A stretch of 39,727 nt of DNA. Source: an uncultured Bacilli bacterium (GTDB lineage: Bacteria > Bacillota_I > Bacilli_A > RF39 > UBA660). Made by a program: the position numbers and the translations under genes. Under the pieces are notes generated by a model, which ran no database searches, had not been told where the DNA came from, and saw nothing but the letters and a program-made list of their open reading frames with translations. Shown piece by piece: positions 35,705-39,727 of the stretch (position 1 is its first letter; each line of letters opens with the position of its first letter). The stretch lies in contig CANROY010000004.1 in the NCBI GenBank assembly GCA_947632355.1, forward strand, positions 1 to 39,727, written 5' to 3'.

Positions 35705-36462
35705 TGCGTGTTGTCGTATTAGCAAGTGGTAGTGATGGAAACTCCACTTACATAGAAACCGAAAATACAAAACTATTAATTGATATGGGCAGAAATGCCA
35801 AATATATCAAAGAAAAATTAGAAAGCATAGGAATTTCTCCTGAAGAAATTGATACCATTTTGATTAGCCATACCCATAAAGACCATGTAAGTGCCCTTAA
35901 AACATTTGTAAATCGTTATAAAACCCCCGTTTTATTAAGTAGAGAAATGTTTTATGAACTAGAAGATATTAAAGATTATGAAAATATTACGATTTATGAA
36001 GATGTAATTTATTTTAATGATTTAAAAATAAAAACGATAAAATCTTCCCACGATGCTCCAGATGCTAGAAACTTTATCATTGAAAATAAAGAAAACTCTG
36101 TTGTTTATGTAACAGATACTGGTTATGTCAATCGTAAATATTTTGATTTACTAAAAGATAAAGAAATCTATTTATTTGAAAGTAACCACGATGTCGAAAT
36201 GCTTATGAATGGGCCTTATCCAAAATACTTAAAAAATAGAGTTGTAGGAAGTTATGGACACTTATCTAATAAGGATGCTTCCTTTTACTTAAGTAAATTA
36301 ATCGGTCCTCATACCAAAAAAATTGTTCTAATGCACTTAAGCAATGTTAACAACACAAAAGAGATAGCATTAAGTACAATTAAGGATACATTTAAAGAAT
36401 ACGATATTTCTTTTGAAGATATAGAGTGTGCCAATCGTTCTGAAATTACAGAGGTGGTTTAG
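35704..36462 (+). CDS. MBL-fold metallo-hydrolase (YycJ/WalJ-like)
   Basis: HTHKDH motif. 252 aa. TAATG overlap with the preceding gene. Located upstream of rlmH as in Bacillus. Confidence 0.85.
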   Translation: MRVVVLASGSDGNSTYIETENTKLLIDMGRNAKYIKEKLESIGISPEEIDTILISHTHKDHVSALKTFVNRYKTPVLLSREMFYELEDIKDYENITIYEDVIYFNDLKIKTIKSSHDAPDARNFIIENKENSVVYVTDTGYVNRKYFDLLKDKEIYLFESNHDVEMLMNGPYPKYLKNRVVGSYGHLSNKDASFYLSKLIGPHTKKIVLMHLSNVNNTKEIALSTIKDTFKEYDISFEDIECANRSEITEVV

Positions 36463-36900
36463 TTGATAAAAATTATTTGTTTAGGAAAGTTAAAAGAAAA
36501 GTATTTAGTGGATTTCGTAAATGATTATTTAAAAAGAATAAGTCGTTATCATAAAATAGAAATCATTGAATTAAAAGATGAAGAAACTTTAGAACAAGAA
36601 GAAAAACAAATTGTAAAATATATTCAAGAAAAAGATTATGTGATTACATTAGAAATTGAAGGAAAAGAAATAAGCAGTGAAGAATTCTCTTCTTTAATAG
36701 AAAATACGTTTATTACAAATAGTACCATTACATTTGTTATTGGAAGTTCTTTAGGACTTTCTAAAACGATAAAAGAACGAAGTAACTATGCTTTATCTTT
36801 TTCTAAAATGACATTTCCTCACGGCGTATTTCGAGGAATACTTTTAGAACAAATTTATAGAGCATTTAAAATTATGAATCACGAGAGTTACCATAAGTAG
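36463..36900 (+). CDS. rlmH: 23S rRNA (pseudouridine1915-N3)-methyltransferase RlmH
   Basis: SPOUT-type protein of about 145 aa. Has IICLGKLKEKY and a C-terminal FPHGVFRGILLEQIYRAF motif. TTG start. Confidence 0.85.
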   Translation: MIKIICLGKLKEKYLVDFVNDYLKRISRYHKIEIIELKDEETLEQEEKQIVKYIQEKDYVITLEIEGKEISSEEFSSLIENTFITNSTITFVIGSSLGLSKTIKERSNYALSFSKMTFPHGVFRGILLEQIYRAFKIMNHESYHK

Positions 36901-36914
36901 TAGGAGGTTTTATT

Positions 36915-37585
36915 ATGATTAATAATGATTGGGATGATGTATTAAAAGTTGTCTTTGAAGGAGAAGGATTTAAAAAATTTTATGAGATTGTGGAACAAGA
37001 ATATAAGACAAAACAATCTATCCACCTAAAAATTATATCTTTAATGCATTAAAACTAACACCCTATAAAGATGTAAAAGTGGTGATTGTAGGACAAGACC
37101 CTTATCACGGAGAAGGAGAAGCACATGGACTATCTTTTTCCGTTCAAAAAGGAATCAAACTACCACCATCACTTAAAAATATTTATAAAGAATTAGAAAA
37201 TGATTTAGGAATTCCACCATATCCAGAGGGAGATTTAACGTATTGGGCAAAACAAGGTGTACTGTTACTTAATGCAGTACTTACTGTTGTAAAAGACACA
37301 CCTGCTAGTCATAAAGATTTAGGTTGGGAACGTTTAACGGATTATATTATTAAAACCTTAAATAATAAAGAAGAACCGGTAGTATTTATTCTTTGGGGTA
37401 ATTTTGCAAAAGCCAAAAAAGACTTCATTACCAATCCAAAACATTTAATTATTACCTCTGCTCACCCAAGTCCATTTTCCGCAAATTATGGTTTCTTCGG
37501 AAGTAAACCTTTTTCAAGAACCAATGAATTTTTAAAACAAAATAATTTAACACCAATAGATTGGGATTTAAAAAACAACCACTAG
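36915..37585 (+). pseudogene. ung: Uracil-DNA glycosylase interrupted by a 1-nt frameshift in an A4 run
   Basis: Frame 1 reads MINNDWDDVLKVVFEGEGFKKFYEIVEQEYKTK then runs into a stop at 37050-37052. From 37013 another frame reads TIYPPKNYIFNALKLTPYKDVKVVIVGQDPYHG...HPSP, which is the rest of UNG. One extra A in the run 37010-37013 would restore the frame. Confidence 0.8.
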
Positions 37586-37614
37586 GTTGCTTTTTTTACT
37601 AAAAAAGTTAAGCA

Positions 37615-37642
37615 AAGTTTTTGAAAAATTTTTCAAAAACTT
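37615..37642. repeat. Perfect 28-bp AT-rich palindrome between convergent ung and the XRE gene
   Basis: aagtttttgaaaaa/tttttcaaaaactt. Could act as a weak bidirectional terminator. A separate hairpin, caacc/ggttg plus T7 (37576-37597), follows ung. Confidence 0.6.
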
Positions 37643-37648
37643 ATTGAA

Positions 37649-37870
37649 CTAATTTTTAGGATATGGCTTTCTTTCATTCGTACGGCCAACTAAATAATCA
37701 ATACTAGTATTATAATAATTTGCTAAAATATCTAACTTTTCAATAGGAATCACTCTTATTCCATTTTCGTATAAACTTACTTGCTTTTGACTAGTTTTTA
37801 AAACTTTAGCAATATCTATTTGTTTTAAATCTTTATCTTCCCTTATTTCTTTTAATCTTTGTATGTTCAT
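37649..37870 (-). CDS. XRE-family HTH regulator (73 aa)
   Basis: MNIQRLKEIREDKDLKQIDIAKVLKTSQKQVSLYENG...SIDYLVGR. SD aaggagg upstream. The rest of the 201-aa track ORF is antisense to the neighbouring gene. Confidence 0.85.
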   Translation of the reverse strand: MNIQRLKEIREDKDLKQIDIAKVLKTSQKQVSLYENGIRVIPIEKLDILANYYNTSIDYLVGRTNERKPYPKN

Positions 37871-37914
37871 AACTTCCTCCTTATAAAATTTTCTCATATA
37901 CCCTTTTGAGAATA

Positions 37915-37972
37915 TTGACAATATTACTGCATGGTAATATAATAAAACTACAATATTATCAGATGGTAATAT
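37915..37972 (+). promoter_or_regulatory. Consensus sigma-A promoter (ttgaca-17-tataat) overlapped by two 23-nt direct repeats, each with an ATTAY-N6-GTAAT core. Candidate operators.
   Basis: -35 at 37915-37920 and -10 at 37938-37943. Repeats are acaatattactgcatggtaatat (37918-37940) and acaatattatcagatggtaatat (37950-37972). Confidence 0.6.
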
Positions 37973-37982
37973 GGAGGAATGA

Positions 37983-38147
37983 ATGAAATTAAAAAAATTC
38001 ACAAAGAATAAGAAAATAAAAACAATCTTTATAGGAAGCATAATAGGAATTTTGCTTGTTGTTGGAGGTATAAGTCTATACCGAAGTTTTGCCATGTATA
38101 AAGTAGAAAAAACGTTTGATGTTTTACAAGGAACAGTACCTGACTTT
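37983..38147 (+). repeat. Copy 2 of the dispersed 165-nt repeat encoding the shared N-terminal module
   Basis: See 20677-20841. Confidence 0.9.
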
Positions 38148-39428
38148 AGAAAAAAAATATATACTGAAAAATTACTTAATGGAGCAGATCCGGTATTAGA
38201 TGAAGAAGGAGAACTTGTACCAGTAAAAATAGGAAATAATGGAGAAGTAACCAAAGCCGATATAACACAAGAATGGTATAGTTATGAAAAGAAAGAATGG
38301 GCAAATGCCGTTATATTAACTGATGCAGGAAAACAACAAAACATAGGAGTTAATGAAAAAATAGAAGAACAATATATCGAAAGTTATTTTGTATGGATAC
38401 CAAAATATCGATATAAATTATTTGATATGGGAAATTATCAAAATTACTCAAGTACTATTGTTGATAAGGGACCAACAAATGCAATTGCAATCGAGTTTGG
38501 ACTTACTGACACCGTGGATGATGAAACAAAAGAAGAATATAAACAATGTGAAACTCCAATGAATGAAGATAAAACACAAGGAGTATCGGGTGCAAGTGGT
38601 AACTGTCATGAAGGAGATTGGATGACCCATCCTGCTTTTATAAGTTTTAAAACAAATGGTTTATGGGTAGGAAAGTTTGAAACAGGGTATAAAAATGCAA
38701 CAACAACACAAGGAGCTCAACAAAATAATAGTACTTCAGCAAATATAGTAATAAAACCAGATCAATTTAGTTGGAGAGATATAACAATAGGAAACTCTTA
38801 TACTGCAAGTCTTAATTATAAAAAAGAATTATTAAGTCATAATATGAAAAATACGGAATGGGGAGCCGTTGCTTATTTAACGCAAAGCATATATGGAAGA
38901 TGTTCTAATAATGGAAATGGAACTACTTGTACAGAAGTTGCTCAAAATACTAATTCGAATTTTAAAACAGGTTATAATAATAATACTGTAGCGTATCCAA
39001 ACAGTAAAAATGCAAGTACAACAGGGAATAATACAGGAATCTTTGATATGAATGGTGGAGCATATGAACAACAAGTTAGTGTTGGAAGAAGCCCAAATAG
39101 TGATACACCCTATTGGAGTTCAAGTGGATTAAATGGTGATATTTTAAATGATGAAAGATACTATGATCTTTATAATTATAGGATTTATGCTGACTATTTT
39201 GACATGAGAATACTTGGTGATGCCACAGTGGAAATGGGACCATTTAAAGACTCAATGAGTTCTTATTTTTACGACCAAGCGAATATTATTTATAATGCAA
39301 CCCCTTGGTTCTATCGTGGTTGTCATTATTATTGTAATAGTGTCGCAAGTGGAATCTTTGCGTTTTGGCCTTATTTTGGAAATGCGGTTGTCTATGATGG
39401 TTTTCGTATTGTTTTAGCCCCAAAATAA
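37983..39428 (+). CDS. Membrane-anchored or exported protein: conserved 55-aa N-terminal module plus an FGE/SUMF1-like (DUF323-type) C-terminal domain
   Basis: N-terminus is 45/55 identical to 20677..21909. C-terminal motifs TGIFDMNGGAYE and WFYRGCHYY...GFRIVLAP resemble the GxYDMxGNxWE and RGGSW...GFRxV signatures of the FGE-sulfatase fold. Confidence 0.7.
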   Translation: MKLKKFTKNKKIKTIFIGSIIGILLVVGGISLYRSFAMYKVEKTFDVLQGTVPDFRKKIYTEKLLNGADPVLDEEGELVPVKIGNNGEVTKADITQEWYSYEKKEWANAVILTDAGKQQNIGVNEKIEEQYIESYFVWIPKYRYKLFDMGNYQNYSSTIVDKGPTNAIAIEFGLTDTVDDETKEEYKQCETPMNEDKTQGVSGASGNCHEGDWMTHPAFISFKTNGLWVGKFETGYKNATTTQGAQQNNSTSANIVIKPDQFSWRDITIGNSYTASLNYKKELLSHNMKNTEWGAVAYLTQSIYGRCSNNGNGTTCTEVAQNTNSNFKTGYNNNTVAYPNSKNASTTGNNTGIFDMNGGAYEQQVSVGRSPNSDTPYWSSSGLNGDILNDERYYDLYNYRIYADYFDMRILGDATVEMGPFKDSMSSYFYDQANIIYNATPWFYRGCHYYCNSVASGIFAFWPYFGNAVVYDGFRIVLAPK

Positions 39429-39458
39429 AAAAAGAAAACTTCATACCATTAGTAAGTA

Positions 39459-39680
39459 TCAGTTTTCTTCTTGTTTTAACTTTTCAATTTGTTCTTGTGG
39501 TAAACCTGTACACCTTTCAATAACATCTAAAGCAATATTTTCCTCAAGCATCTTCTTTGCTGTTTCTATTTGAAATTTATATCGAATACCACAATTATCA
39601 AGATATTCTTTGTCATAGTATAACCATTGATTTAGAAATGCTTGATAGTCATCTATTTTGTCATTTACCTTCTTCATCAT
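39459..39680 (-). CDS. Small protein resembling the C-terminal helical tail of Rpn/YhgA-like 'putative transposase' proteins
   Basis: ...IETAKKMLEENIALDVIERCTGLPQEQIEKLKQ recalls that family's C-terminus. Its ATG overlaps (ATGA) the stop of a partial upstream minus-strand ORF (...YVEIKGYEKRFMGRVK*, 39677-39727) that runs off the window. Confidence 0.4.
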   Translation of the reverse strand: MMKKVNDKIDDYQAFLNQWLYYDKEYLDNCGIRYKFQIETAKKMLEENIALDVIERCTGLPQEQIEKLKQEEN

Positions 39681-39727
39681 TTCACTCTCCCCATAAACCT
39701 CTTCTCGTAGCCTTTTATCTCCACATA

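Noticed and set aside
1-39727. CRISPR arrays, tRNA/rRNA genes, integrases, prophage or known defence-system genes
   Set aside because: No regularly spaced direct repeats, no tRNA-like T-arm/acceptor sequences, and no recombinase other than the IS200 TnpA were seen on reading both strands.

Overview
AT-rich (about 30% GC by eye, not computed) chromosomal segment of a spore-forming low-GC Firmicute. Exact taxon cannot be determined from sequence alone. Almost all genes are on the + strand and follow Bacillus-like housekeeping synteny in three blocks. Block 1: rpmE, rpiB, ywzB-like, spoIID, spoIIQ-like, spoIIID. Block 2: csp, hpf, secA, an inserted gene set, prfB (programmed +1 frameshift), tilS, ftsH. 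Block 3: soj, spo0J, mscS, DUF951, abgT-like, ychF, BI-1, rpsF, ssb, rpsR, two orphan genes, rplI, dnaB, M23/LysM peptidase, MBL hydrolase, rlmH, ung (frameshifted). No rRNA, tRNA or CRISPR array was seen. The accessory content is the interesting part. (1) A split agr-type quorum-sensing locus: agrA/agrC-like genes converge on agrB plus a 39-aa AgrD-like ORF absent from the ORF track. That propeptide has Trp where the ring-forming Cys/Ser is expected. An IS200-type element sits between the two halves, and both agr promoter regions carry 9-N12-9 direct repeats. (2) Two paralogous cassettes, each a divergent XRE regulator plus a membrane-anchored exported protein. The exported proteins share a 55-aa N-terminal module (45/55 identical) fused to unrelated C-terminal domains. 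(3) A candidate type I toxin-antitoxin-like module: a 27-aa hydrophobic peptide ORF with a convergent ~70-nt sRNA that has its own promoter and terminator. (4) A ~4.9 kb insertion between secA and prfB carrying a two-component system, a tandem-duplicated ThyX-fold protein with complementary motif loss, and a bPH-type membrane protein.
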